Source of the DNA: Basidiobolus meristosporus CBS 931.73 | Taxonomy: Eukaryota > Fungi > Basidiobolomycota | Direction of reading: 5' to 3' | DNA length: 64,000 bases | Assembly: GCA_002104905.1 (NCBI GenBank) | Contig: MCFE01000153.1 | Span: forward strand, 88,523-152,522 | The notes under the pieces: generated by a model | Told to the model about the DNA's origin: nothing | Databases searched by the model: none | The model's input: only the letters and a program-made list of their open reading frames with translations | Shown: positions 39,001-52,936 of the stretch, one piece after another | Layout of the letters: each line of letters opens with the position of its first letter | Position numbering within the stretch: position 1 is the stretch's first letter | Translations under genes and position numbers: made by a program

Positions 39001-41205
39001 AAACGCGCACAACACGTGGTGAATACCACGCTTATTTATCCTCTCTGAATCTATGTCACAGTTGTAATAGTAACATTTATAAACCAGCCCTGGAAATTGG
39101 CTTAAATCTGCACAGCATGAATGGCTGCACCCAACTAGTAAATAAATGTATATATTTGTATACATAACAGTCGATAGATTGGAGGCAACACGACCAAATA
39201 AATAGAGCCTTTTCAAATGGTTTGGTGTAGGTAACTAAGCGAGTGTTCTGGACTCTGGCACATATGCATATCTAGTATTTGCGGTGGATACTGGCTCGGT
39301 TGAGACAAGGTTTGCAACAGCAACTATGGGCCTCTGGTCATGAAACGGAACGTGTTGATGGGTGTGTCTCTTAATCACACAATGGTGCTCTGATGAATCG
39401 TTGATATGTTAGAGTTCTTTCAAACCGTCGCAATGCCCCAGGCTTATTGTGTGTACCTTTCAGTCTCCTTGCTGATAACCTCTTTATTCACTTACAGATC
39501 GCTTATAGTTACTATGAAGTATTTTAAAGTCAAATCGCTCACGTGGACACTAGCCATTGGGTAATTTCCAAGCATCCTAACTGCTGTAGCAGTTTTGCAG
39601 CCTACTTGGCTAGAGTGTCATCGTATAGTGTTGAGCACCAAGCCTCCCTTTGTACTTAAGCCAAGGAAAATGAACACACAAGCCGTTCAAGAAGCTCCCA
39701 CGTTACGCATATAATACTTTCTCTGAACATTAATTATCTGGTAAGATCGTAACATGAACTTTGGCGAATATAGTATATCCTTGGTGTTAATTCCTAACAG
39801 TTATCAGCAGTGGCTTGAGGTAACGTCGGAAATCTTGTCATGCTAGATGCTATCTTATGTATACCCTCCAGGTGGGTTAACCTGAGAGTCTCAGTTAATT
39901 GAATGAGTTATCACCCTCGACGCACATATAGAGACACCAGGTCATAGAATATTCCGTTTGGGCATCAACACCATGCTTCATCATATTATCCTCATTGTGT
40001 GCGTGCTCATTTAGGGGGCATTATTGTGCGTTGAATTGGTCAAGAGGCAGCTACTGCTCCTCGTAATAGCACCAAGTACGGAGGTTCATGGTAGCGATGC
40101 TCAATAAATCTTGGAGGCTATTCTAGTTGAATGATGGGTTTGGATAGTAGGATCAAGAGTTGTCACTCTATATTCCAACTACTACATGCTCGCGACGAAG
40201 TGAAGTACAAACAGATCTTCAGGGAATCCTAGCTCGATCTTAGATGAGCATCAGGCTTTAGTTGTGTAGGTGTTGGTGAACTTCAAGATTTATTGATTCT
40301 TGTGACACGTTTCACGGCAATCGATGAATGCAAGATTATGGCAATATGCAGTTGCTACATGAGCTGTTTTTCTTTGACCGTGAGTTCACCGAAAAATCTA
40401 CCGGCAGTTGACTGTGAGGCACACAGTAGGCCAGCTCCAAAGGCACATACTTTACGCGTTACCCAATGTGGAGCCTGCGTGATAACCTCCTCAGAAATAC
40501 GCCTTTCATCGTTTGGGAAGGGTAATCTGGAGAGGCGTTCATAACTTATACAAAGGTACAAGATGTTATTAAATGAGCTGCAAGATGCACGCCGTTCAAC
40601 AGCAAGGGTTATAAGGGCTGGAATGGGGTAAAAATCGTGCAATATACAGCATCTTCATCCTCTGGCTTATAACTCCACCCAGAAAGTGATATAAGAATTA
40701 TGTCAGAAAATAATATGCGGGGAATCACACACATTGGTATATTGCTTTTCTCTTCCGATATGCATAGGGCCATGAACATCGAACATTCAATCGTGGTTCT
40801 GAGGATTAAACGAAACACCAGCACATATTACTACTACTATTTCTTGATCCTTAGTTCACGTGGTTGCCAGAGTAGTAGCCACCAACTCGCCAAATGAGCT
40901 CGGTCTTGGCTGTGCCTATCAACAGTAAATACGATCGATTTGTATGCAAGTACATGCAACGATACTAATCTGTTTGGCAATCCATCTGGATTGATGATCA
41001 CGGATTGTCGAGATTTAGGTTCTTGGCGTTAGACTATATATTCTGTCTTGCCTGTGCCGACTCCCATATCGAAACCGGTTATTTCTCTCAGGATTTGGCT
41101 GATCCATAATACCAAACTTGGTACATTTACATGGTATGTTGGATTTATCTTGTCATTCATACTAGCCATGATTCCTTTGCTCATTCTATGTTTTGCAGAA
41201 ACAGA

Positions 41206-44200
41206 ATGAGGCATATTTTGGCCCAGTCGGAGCAGAAATCGTTGCTAGAGGCTTTGGTTCCGTCCATTGACCGAGCCGATGAGCTCTCTGTGCTGCCCAT
41301 CATAATGGCCGCAAACATGTGTATCCTTGTATACCGATATACGAATACGCAGGATTTCACCCTTGATTTCTCGCATTCAGAGGCCCGAGATGAACCATTG
41401 CAAATCGTAATTTCTTTACGTCCCGATATGTCTGCTGCAGAACTGTTGCAATTGATTGAAGAGAGAGTGATGGTATCTCATCAAAGCAGGCTGCCTCCCA
41501 TCTCAGGTTTAGCCATCAGCCTGCATGCTGTGGATTCTGCCTACGACGAAAGCACAAACTCAGAGATACGGATGCATATCAGCTCACACAAGGATGCTCA
41601 TGAACAGGTGGTTAGTACTGTAGATGTGAGCAAGTCGTTATTAAGCAAGTGCAGTGGGGAGTCCAGCATTATAGGCCATTGGAGCACGCTACTGGAGCAT
41701 CTTGCGCTACAGCCTGATTTTCCTGTTTCACGGATTAGTATCCTCTCTCCTTCCGAAATGGAGCTTGTGACTTCGGCTGCTTGGTCATCTACCCCAGCAA
41801 TTACTGATTCACAGGTCCCGGCGCATCAGAATACCTCTGCAGATGAGATGTATCTTCATACCATATTTGAGAATACCGCTCACAAGTATCCAAATCACAC
41901 AGCAATACTATACGAAGACCAAACAGGCCAGGATAAAGCCTACACTTATCAGGAGATTGACAACGCTTCCTCTCGACTGGCCAAGCACATCAGCGATCAT
42001 TACATTACTGGACCTGGGAAGTTCATTGGCCTCTTGATGCCACAAGTACCAACAGCATATATAGCAATGCTTGCTATTCTCAAGACTGGATCGGCCTACG
42101 TTCCCATAGATCCTTCATATCCTTTAGAGCGCGTAGAATATATACTAAGAGATTCTAATGCTGAACTTCTTCTTTCTGAGAAAGCAACCGTTGAACGGCA
42201 ACTCGGCCAAGATTTAACCTGTCAAGTGTTATATGTAGACGGTTGGCTAGCCGACAAAGCCTCTCTCAACGAGTGCTTCAAACTACCATCTGGAGCGCTT
42301 CAAATGTCAGATGCTGCTTACATGATATACACTAGTGGAACTACTGGGCGGCCAAAAGGTCTGTCTTGTTACGCTTTACAGAGTTCGTCGAATTGCTGAC
42401 CATAGAGCCCTTGTACTGTAGGCGTTGTTATCGAGCATCGAAATGTGGTAAACCTCGTGAGGGCGGAGAGTGTCGTTTTCAATATGAAGACAGAAGATAG
42501 GGTGTATCAGCAGTTCTCTCTTGCATTCGATGCCTCTATCGAAGAGATATGGCTACCATTCATGGTCGGAGGTACACTTGTTCCAGCTGCACAGAAGCCA
42601 GGGCCAGGGCTCTCAGAGATTTTGGAATATAAAGGTGTGACAGTTTTGAGTTGCGTGCCTACTTTACTTGCTATGCTGTCAGAAGATGAGAAGCTGCAGA
42701 GTCTACGGTTACTAATTCTGGGGGGAGAAGCTTGTCCGAAATCATTGGTGCAACGATTTGGTGTTGGATGCCAAATCGTGAACAGCTATGGTCCGACTGA
42801 AACAACTGTAAGTGAACAATCTTGCATGAGTTAGTCTTGAGCTAATAAATAGCTTGTTATAGGTGGTCGCCACATGGAAAGTATGTAGTCCAACAGACGA
42901 CGTTGTTACAATTGGACATCCTATGCCTGGATATTCGGCATTCATTCTATCAGAATATGACCAGCTTCAACCCATAGGAGTCGCAGGAGAGCTGGTCATC
43001 GGAGGTTCCGGTGTCACGCGGGGATACCACAATCTACCCGAGTTTACAAAAAAGAAATTCATTCAACACAGTTTATTGTCCCCCGTAGGGCAACTATACA
43101 AAACGGGTGATCTTGCTCGCTATAACCAAGCCGGGGAAATTGAATATCTAGGTCGCATCGACACGCAAGTCAAGCTACGTGGTTACAGAATTGAGCTCTC
43201 TGAGGTGCATTGTTTTATTGTGTGAATCTAGTAACCCACTAACAATTATCTGTAGGTTGAATCCGCACTGCAACGCTGCAGTGGTGTAAAGGTTGCGGTG
43301 GTTGATATTCATGTAGATTCATACAATGTGGAGCATTTAATCGCCTATATCACCACAAGTACGAAAGAAAGCCTCGTCAATACCCAGGCTATAAAGGAGG
43401 AGCTTCTTAAAACTGTGCCAAACTTCATGGTTCCCTCAATCTTTCAGATTGTGCGAGATTTGCCAACACTGCCAAGCGGAAAGATAGATCGCAAACACTT
43501 ACCAAAAGTGATGGCTGGAACTCTAGTGACCGCAGAAGATGCATCAAAAAAGGTCGTTGCCCCTCGAACGCCCACCGAGACTAAACTCGTAGATATCTGG
43601 TCGCGCTTTTTCAAAAGCAACGCTATATCAGTCACGGATAACTTTTTCTCTCTTGGTGGACATTCTCTCTTGGCTGCTATGCTAGTCTCAGAATTGCGCA
43701 AAAGTGAAAATACCAAGGGTATCTCAATGGGGCACATCTATCAGTACTCTATACTCGAAAGTTTGGCCAACTTCATTGACACCTGTATCGGGCCAACGAG
43801 TGATCGGTCACCAACAGCCCACAGATCACCCATGAACAGTGGGACCGACCCGGGAAATGGAGATATTGAGAAGCTAAATAACTTGGATAGGGCGAAGTTC
43901 CCTCCTATACTTGGCTATGTTCAATCCTTTGCTCTATTACTTTGCCAGTTCGTTGCCATCTTTAGCGTGCTTCTCATTACTACACTGCCAGTATCAGTGT
44001 TATACTTGTTATACAAGTTTACCAATGTGCCAATAATAGTCGTGGTTTTCGTCTTTGCCTTGGACTTTTGCTGGATGCCCTTAATCGCAGTAATCGTGAA
44101 ATGGCTACTGATTGGCAAGTATCGCCCTGGGAAGTGGCCTCTTTGGGGATGCTACTACTGGCGCTGGTGGGTTGTCCAGAGTGTTGTGAGGGTGCTCAAA

Positions 44201-46417
44201 TTATACCTTCTCGAAGGGTCTCCGCTCCTGAATATCTTCTACAATCTTATGGGCGCCAAGGTTCACATGACGGCTTATGTTGGAACACGACACATAGGCT
44301 GTTATGATCTCCTTACTATCGAAGCCGGAGCGTCAGTGGGCTTGAATGCATACATGTACGGATACAAGGTTGAGAATGGGTGGCTTATCATAGGATCCGG
44401 GATTCGTGTGGGTTCTGGTGCACGGGTAGGGAACAAGTCGAATCTAGGCCTTAGTTCCGAGCTCCAAGATGGCGCTGATCTTGATGATTTATCTGTACTT
44501 CAAGACAAGCAAGTAATCAAAAAAAACGAAAGATGGGCTGGGTCCCCGGCTAAATTCATATCAAACGTGGAGGAGAGTGAACAGGCCACCACGTCTCATG
44601 TTGCCACATGGCTTTTTTGTTTTCTGTATTTCATCATTGCTCTGGTAGTGAACACTACTTTTGGGCTGTTGGCATCCTTGACTGGTTGGTGGCCTCGGCA
44701 TTTTATCTAATCGTCAATATGTCTGACAAGGTTTTAATCAGGTATCCTGGTGTTGGAAGTGGTCCCTATTCTACTGCCTACATTCAATCCTTATATTAGT
44801 GTGATTGTAGCTACTCCGTTTGTGACTACGGTGGCGATGATGCTTTTCTGTCTTGGGATAGTCATACTGAAGCTGATCATTCTTCCAAAGATATCTCCAG
44901 GAGAATATAAGCTGCAGAGCTTCTTCTATCTACGCAAATGGTAATCGGCTGGTGTCCTTGAGGTGGTGCTTTGCCATTTTTAAACATATTTCAATTTCAG
45001 GTGCTTGGATATATTGATGCAGATCTCTCTTGAAGTCGTGAATTCCGTCTATGGAACACTGTACGCACCTCACTGGCTACGCGCCCTCGGAGCCAAAATC
45101 GGTAAAACTTCGGAAGTCTCCACAGTTACATATATCTCCCCGAACCTTCTCAGGGTAGGGAGTGGATGCTTCCTCGCGGATTCTGTCGTGGTTGGTCCTC
45201 CACGGATCCGCTATGGAAAGATAACGCTTGACTATTCCACGATAGATGAGAGGTCTTTTGTTGGGAACGGAGCGCTGTTTCCTGCAGGCATTGTGATGGG
45301 TAAAGGCCGTATACCTCAATGCTATTGATTTTGAGTTAAACTGGATCTACATTTAGGAAGGGATTGCCTTCTTGGTGTGCTATCAACTCCTGATCATGAT
45401 GTGAGAGCTCTGGCTGATAATACCTCATGGCTTGGGTCGCCAGCCATGTTTCTCCCAAATCGGCAAGTGGCTACTACAAGCTGGCCCAAAGAACGTACTT
45501 ATGCACCCACAAACGGTTTGTATGTTGCCCGCTATCTAATAGAGTTATGGAGGGTATTCCTGCCGAACATGGTCAATATCACAACATTTGTGGTCCTGGT
45601 AGTGGTACTAGAGATTATATATGAGGGAACTTCTGATCGGGATGTTTTACCAGTCCCAGATGAGTTCTTGATGACAGACGGGTTGCTTCTCAACTTATCG
45701 CATGGTGCCTTGGTCGGCTCTTTCGTACTTGTATTTTTGATTGTGAACGGGCTTTTAGCAATAGGGGCCTGCTGCTTTGTTTTGCTTGCGAAATGGATAC
45801 TGATAGGTACTTACGCTGCTCGTGAGGCACCGCTTTGGAGTTCTTTCGTGTGGAGGTACAGCCTAGCCAGATTCGCACATTTGACACTGCTTTTTCCATG
45901 AACGATGCTTTAATGTCGGCTACATAGGACAGAGCTAGTGACCGCCTTACATGAGGGGATCGCTAGTAGACAACTCCTTCAAAGTTTGCGCGGCACCCCC
46001 TTTGTGAGCTTTTGGTTCAGGTTGCTTGGATGTCATATTGGGAAGCGTGTATGGATGGACACTCTGCAAATTACGGAGCATGATTTGATTCATATCGAGG
46101 ATGATGTCAGTATCGGTGCGGATACTATACTGCAGGTAAGTTGTTATCATCACTTCACCCATAAACGCGTCTTTCCCCATTCACTCCACCCCCTTGATCC
46201 TTAGACGCATTTATTTGAAGATCGTATTATGAAGATGGACCATTTGGTGATTGGCCGCCGATCCAATATTGGTGCCTCCTCTGTCATATTGTATGGAACA
46301 ACTTTGGAGGAGGATGTTTCCATAGGTTCTCTCTCCCTTGTAATGAAGGGGGAAACTTTGCCAACACATACCACATGGAATGGAATCCCATTGCAACACG
46401 CAAGGGATGGCTCGTAA
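41206..46417 (+). CDS. Single-module NRPS-like enzyme of the epsilon-poly-L-lysine synthetase (Pls) type: partial C-like segment, A, T, membrane segments and three tandem C-terminal repeats; about 8 introns
   Basis: A motifs YTSGTTGRPKG, FDASIEEIW, NSYGPTE, GELVIGG..RGY, YKTGDL, GRIDTQVKLRGYRIEL, PSGKIDR; PCP NFFSLGGHSLL; three left-handed beta-helix/acetyltransferase-like repeats separated by TM pairs, ending QTHLFEDRIMK..KGETLP..WNGIP. A further 5' exon is possible. Confidence 0.9.
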
Positions 46418-46762
46418 AAATTCATCAGCATTGGATGTATACCACATGGACGCCCACCATAGGCACTTCTAGAGCATATTTATCATATCATTGCATTACC
46501 TATCAAATATAAAGCCTATCTTTGCATTATTCGAGGTTTCCGCCCTTTTCTGCTTCACCCTAACGGAAAGCTAACTAGAAATAGATGGCAAAGTGCAGCC
46601 AATGCACCTGGGGGTATGTGGCCCTACATAGTATTCTTTCCACCATAGAGGACGAGCAATCTTTTAAATGCTCATAAATAATATAGTGTAATGTCGGTTT
46701 AATTCGATGTAGTTTATCAAAATTTCAGCAAAAATACGAAACCATCACCCAAAAAATTAATT

Positions 46763-48631
46763 AAAATTGGCCATCAGCTCAATCACCATATCTATCTGCG
46801 CTTGATCGTGGCAGCTCCAGCTGGAATCCACAATGGCTGATATGGAATCAATTCCACAATCCATCCTCTGGAATAGGCCGCTTCCGTCACAGACATCCCC
46901 CAAGAGATCGCCTTCGTCACAGTCCATTGCCTCCCACTCTGAGATCAGGGCATTCAATGAGTCGAAGAGTGCATCCTGCGCATGGCCTAGCTCTGCAACA
47001 ACGAACGTTATCAAACAATCGCAAATACAAGCGAGAATAGGTGAGCCGTACCATCAATCATATGAAGGAGACTCTCCTCCTTACTGCTGGTTGCCAGAAT
47101 CAAGATATATCGGTAGTCATCCTCGTGAATGGCCCCGCAAAAGCTAGAATCCATCCCTGAAGAGGCACTGATCAGATTGGACACTGTTCTGATCAAGCGC
47201 AGGCTAACAGCGAAGCGACGCTTAGTAGTGCGAGTGAAGGGCATGATTGTTGATGCTGTCCCAAACATCAGACAGAGGGTATTTATGGCCCTTCGACAGC
47301 AACTGCGTAGGCGTTGAAGACAGGTTTGTGATAGTATCCTACCATGACATTATTATGCCTGGGGGGGGGGGACAAAAACATAACCAAGTCGACGTGAAAT
47401 CAGGAGAGATGTGTGGTCACCTGGTTAAGCAAGGGGTAAATATCCAGATACAATAGCGTTATCATATTATTTGCTGTGTATCCTGGGGTTAGGGTTCAGC
47501 TCAGCATCAAGCAAGTGTAATTGGGCGTTTTACAGTAGTAAGAGCAGAGTTAGGTTGAGCTTGGGTTACTATCCTCATGCACCCACGAGATATTATGGCG
47601 ATTAATTGTCGCATAAACAACTTGGAGTTCTCCTCTGGCTATTTTCACGTTCTTCACCTTCAGTAATTATTAGTTGAAGAAAATATCTTTCCCAGCATCT
47701 CTGGTATGATAGTATGCGTAGACACTCGCTAATTTGTAGTTTCCTAGTTATGTGAAGCACCTCGAGCATCAGTTGATTGCTTAAAATAATAATAATTATT
47801 ATGCTCTAAGTATCCGATTATCATAGTAGGGCTTACTAGTCTCCACTTCTTTCCTCGAAGTACACCAATTTATTGGTAGTTACTGGATTAGTTGATATAG
47901 GCCGGCTGTATAACAATGGATCACAAACAACAATAGGATCGAACTGCGTCTAGATTTTAACCTCTTGCTTAACCAGGTGACCACACATCTCTCCTGATTT
48001 CACGTCGACTTGGTTATGTTTTTGTCCCCCCCCAGGCATAATAATGTCATGGTAGGATACTATCACAAACCTGTCTTCAACGCCTACGCAGTTGCTGTCG
48101 AAGGGCCATAAATACCCTCTGTCTGATGTTTGGGACAGCATCAACAACCATGCCCTTCACTCGCACTACTAAGCGTCGCTTCGCTGTAAGCCTGCGCTTG
48201 ATCAGAACAGTGTCCAATCTGATCAGTGCCTCTTCAGGGATGGATTCTAGCTTTTGCGGGGCCATTCACGAGGATGACTACCGATATATCTTGATTCTGG
48301 CAACCAGCAGTAAGGAGGAGAGTCTCCTTCATATGATTGATGGTACGGCTCACCTATTCTCGCTTGTATTTGCGATTGTTTGATAACGTTCGTTGTTGCA
48401 GAGCTAGGCCATGCGCAGGATGCACTCTTCGACTCATTGAATGCCCTGATCTCAGAGTGGGAGGCAATGGACTGTGACGAAGGCGATCTCTTGGGGGATG
48501 TCTGTGACGGAAGCGGCCTATTCCAGAGGATGGATTGTGGAATTGATTCCATATCAGCCATTGTGGATTCCAGCTGGAGCTGCCACGATCAAGCGCAGAT
48601 AGATATGGTGATCGAACTGATGGCCAATTTT
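46763..48631. repeat. Long inverted repeat: arms 46763-47433 and 47964-48631, 530-bp spacer
   Basis: The arms are reverse complements differing by a few substitutions and a G-run length. The ORF track shows mirrored near-identical ORFs. Each arm holds a spliced reading frame pointing outward. Confidence 0.95.
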
Positions 48632-51600
48632 GACTGAATCTGCGATGAGTAATTTTGTATAATTTTTGACATTTATATACTCGCCAATAAATCCACCTAC
48701 AAACAATTGCGAAATTGGGTTATTGTCGACTAAATCACCCAAGCCACCATTTCAAGTTGCTTTTGTTTACTACTTCCACCATGGTTATTTTGTATCGAAC
48801 CAAGATGCAAACACTTCACGAACTTGTTTTGTCATACTTGCTTGCGTGATATGAGCCTAGGTCCTGATAACTCGAAAATCCGACTCTTGGTCCGTCTAAG
48901 GCTATCCATAAGAAGAAAACTGTTAAGCAGTTAGCAAGGGCCCTTGCCACACGTTACACACAAAAAGCTAATGAGCAACCACATTCTTTGAAGCACAATC
49001 CCTACGCACTAATACTTAGCCGGTTAGTTGAAAAATTGCTTCTTTCGGGGAAACGAATCCATATGAAATGAAAGATACTGCTCAGTATAATGCTTACTTG
49101 AGCGGAATAGATTGTTAGCATCTACTGCTGAATCTGGATGTTATTGCTACTATATATGATGGGATAGCTGATTTGGAAAACATGAACTAAGAGGCTTGTT
49201 GGTTTTTTGTCAATCGGACTATTCAGTTGACTTGTCTACACTTTGGACTGCAAGACGACTTCCTTTGGGTTACCAAGTGGTATTCAGCATGTTTTATTGA
49301 CAATACTTGAATCGACCTGCTTCCACATAAGGAAGCTACGTGCTCTGCAATTTCCTTGGCTAATCTTGGTACTGGATGAGAGAGCACAATCAGCAGTTGT
49401 CATAGTTGTACTAGCCTTGGAACTTGTGTTGCAAATTCAGGTTGCTGCAATAGACCGTGGCTCCTGAAGGTGCGCATCTTCTGGTCCTGACCGAAATAGT
49501 CTTCACACATTTTTACTCGGAAGCATAAGCAGCCATCCTACAGAGGGCAATTATAAGTGTAGCAGTTCGGAAAAGCATCGGTAGAGTTCTGATATTCTTT
49601 GTGAAGTAACGAGGGTAAAATTCACTCTTATATTCCAACTGACATGACCAGGATTCTAGATAGAAATGGGGTCCAGTGGAATGAATATTGCGCAGCAATG
49701 TGTTCGTCTGTCTGCCATATTATACAAAGCCATGGAACTTCCCTTCCATATGTAACAAGACCACGGGTTAAGTGGCACAGGCTGGACCGTATAGTCTTTG
49801 TAAGAAGCCAAGAGTACATCAGTTGATGGTAAAGGTATAATGTATTAGGCCAATATTTAATTCTAATGGGAGCTCAAATAGCCACTGTAAATTCCACTGC
49901 CATTTGCATTGGTGCGTTGTAGTTACTGGTTATAGCAGAGGAGCTACTCTAAGCATACTGGAAGTACTAGGCAACACTTGATCACATATCTGCTCGCATC
50001 AATGGGTAAAGATTTGACCTTATTTCTTCAGAGAGCTTTCATTCTTGATGTCAAGGTCATCAATTATGTGATCTTATTTGGCAAATTTCATGTACACCAG
50101 CTAATGACTTCGGACAATTTTTAAAGACTTGATCTCCATAAGTTGCTCTACAAGGAAAATCCTTTATTTTGACTCTATTTCAAGCAATGAGTGTCAAGCA
50201 AGTAGTGCAGCTGATTCATAGTGACAATTACGGAGCTGTCCAAGCTGAGAAAGCCTGACTTTTGATATGATTCTGGAGTAGTCTATGAATTTAGCTAGAT
50301 TGGCAATGCCTGTGAAAAAGCCCAAAGAGACTTGATGAATAATTAATTTTGTTGAGTCATACACTAAACAATGGGTTCAGCACATTATTTCCATATTTCT
50401 CAGACCAAAATCAAGAGTAAGCACCAGTCCGTTGGACTACAAACACAAACTGATCAGGGAAGTGATATGCTTGATGATATTAATAAACAAATTTGGGACA
50501 TTGAAATAATAGGTACTTTGGTAACTCAGCAATCAGCGGACGCTTCCAGGGGCCAATACTACCTAATTACTTGACAGATAGGGACCTAGGTGATTTGTCC
50601 CACAAGCTCAATGCCAAGCTAAGGGCATGTTTTGACCACATCGACGTTTGCTCACTGAAAACAGTACCACAGACCCGAACTTTTTCTCTAAGAAATCTCA
50701 ACAATCGATGGTGACAAGCCATCATACATGTCCAAAAGTACAGCTAAAATCCAGAATCAAACTCTTGAATCGGCCAACATGGGTCAAAATACAAGCCTAC
50801 CGGGGTACTTCCATTGTCAACACTAATTTTCTAATAGTAATACTTTCCCCTGACTTGGGATTATCGCGTTGTTTGTACATTACGCTATTATTAGATATGG
50901 CTAACCCGGATGAAAGGTTGTAGCTAAGAGTTCTTGATCCAATCCACGAGCAAACTGGAAAGGCTATGGTAGTCCGCACTCAGGACGTTAGTGTTTTCCT
51001 GAGCCTGCCTGATACATTAACAGGTAGTTGACCAACTTCAGGCTTAAAAAAGCTAAATACTCACAAGGTGGTTATGTTCTGGCACTCACTTGCAGGAGAA
51101 GTCTTAGTATCTGCCATCTTGACTAGCAGTTGTGTTGTTGGTGGGGCTGATCGACCCTTTCTTATGATATGTGGTTTGCGAATTGAAAGTCATCCTGCAA
51201 ATGCCCGGGCGAGATTGTTTTCGAAGCTGCGCCAGCTAGCGGACTTTGAACATACGACATTTTCAAATTGGCCAGTATTGGCTGCCGTATTCAACTTGAC
51301 CAAGAGTCCTTGCAAAAACTAACTCGTTTGTAAATGCAGCCGTTCATTATTTGGTCGTAGCGCTCTCATTGATAATATCGGTGCAGTGGAGGGTAACTAG
51401 CATTGATTAGCCTTGTTCAAAGTCGATGCAATGTTTGTGGCTTGGAATAATGCGGCTTATCAACATGAATTAGGTTTGGAATATAAATAGCTCGAAGGAT
51501 GAATATTTACCGACCAATCAATGGAGTTAAACGTCTATCCCTTTATAGTATAGGCCTATTTGCCATGGGATGCATTTGGAAGAACTTTGTTGCGAGAGCT

Positions 51601-51696
51601 ATGACCTAAAAGTGAGTCCCAACATTCAGCTGTAAGGGAGTTCTATAAGAGTGCCTTGCCTCTTAGTAGGTCGCCTCGTTTTTCCCTGCACGCACT

Positions 51697-52936
51697 ATGG
51701 CCTTCATGAAGGTATGGCATTTTCTGGTCTTTTCTTGGATTCCGACTAATCTTCTTGATCTAGATTGGTGTGCTATTGCTGATGATCTATTCCGGCAGCC
51801 AGATCACTGCCGCCAGCAAAATGTGTACCTCAAAGTACTCTCCATGCTATTTCAGAGGCGTTGGCTGTGGCTCTGGTGAGTACTGCTTTGCCATCAATTG
51901 TTTATCGGACAAAAGTCTTCCAAACACCTGTTATCCTGCACCTTCGTGTGTCAGCTTCAAAGACAACTTCACAAACGCTACCGATCTTGTCATGGCATCC
52001 ACGTTCGATGGCAACCCGAATTCAGGCCCTAGATGGATGAGCCAATGGAAGAAAAACTATGCTTCCATTGAGGACGGCCAACTCGTATTAGGAATGAAAT
52101 CTTCGGGTAAAAAACACAACGGCAATTTAGTTGGCTTTGGTAGCACTGTGGTTTCCGTTAGATGGATGTTATACGGGAACGTTACTGCTCGAGTTAAATC
52201 AGCTTCTGTCACTGGTGGTGTTGTGTCGTCATTCATCATCAAGAATCCCGAAGGGGATGAGATTGACTTCGAATGGGTTGGTGGAAACCCCAATATGGTT
52301 CAAACTGACTACTACTACGATGGTATTAAGAAGTATATGCACGACGGAAGAGAAGTCTATGGACACGCCAAGAATGCGTCAGTTGGGAGCGATACTTCTG
52401 CTGGCTTCAACGAATATATGATTCAATGGGAAGAAGAACTTATCAACTTCTGGGTCAACAAGAAGATAGTCAGAACTGTTCTTAAGAAAGATACTTACAA
52501 CCATACGACCAAAACTTTTCAATATCCTGCGAGGCCAGCGCCTGTTCAACTTTCAATTTGGGACTCTAATGAGCAAGGTAAATACACTATTGATTGGGCT
52601 GGTGGGCCTACTGATTGGAGCAAACCGAATACCGAGTATAAAGTCTACTTCGAATCTATTGATATGCAATGTAAGCACAGTGAGAATCTTCCTTGGGATC
52701 CGCCCAAGATCCCTACCCTGACTTCTACTTCTATGCCAGCATCAAAATCCCCCACTTCTACAGTTGAAGCTTCTCTTATGTCCTCTTCAACTTATTCTAC
52801 TATATACAGCCCTCCTACCCATATCTCCAATTCTAAGACACATCCTACAGCTGATAAGAGCGTCGGTTCTGCACAAAAATTCAACTCTATCTTCATGTGT
52901 GCTACATTGTTGTTCACATATAATGCACTTAGCTGA
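51697..52936 (+). CDS. GH16 Crh/Utr2-like cell-wall transglycosylase, probably GPI-anchored, 2 exons
   Basis: MAFMK|IGVLLLM signal peptide, Cys-rich N-terminal module, catalytic DEIDFEWVG, QLSIWD, WAGGPTDW, Ser/Thr-rich stalk, hydrophobic tail. Confidence 0.9.

Noticed and set aside
48900-51400. Possible degraded gene or transposon
   Set aside because: Only short ORFs with no recognisable motifs, repeats or consistent splicing.
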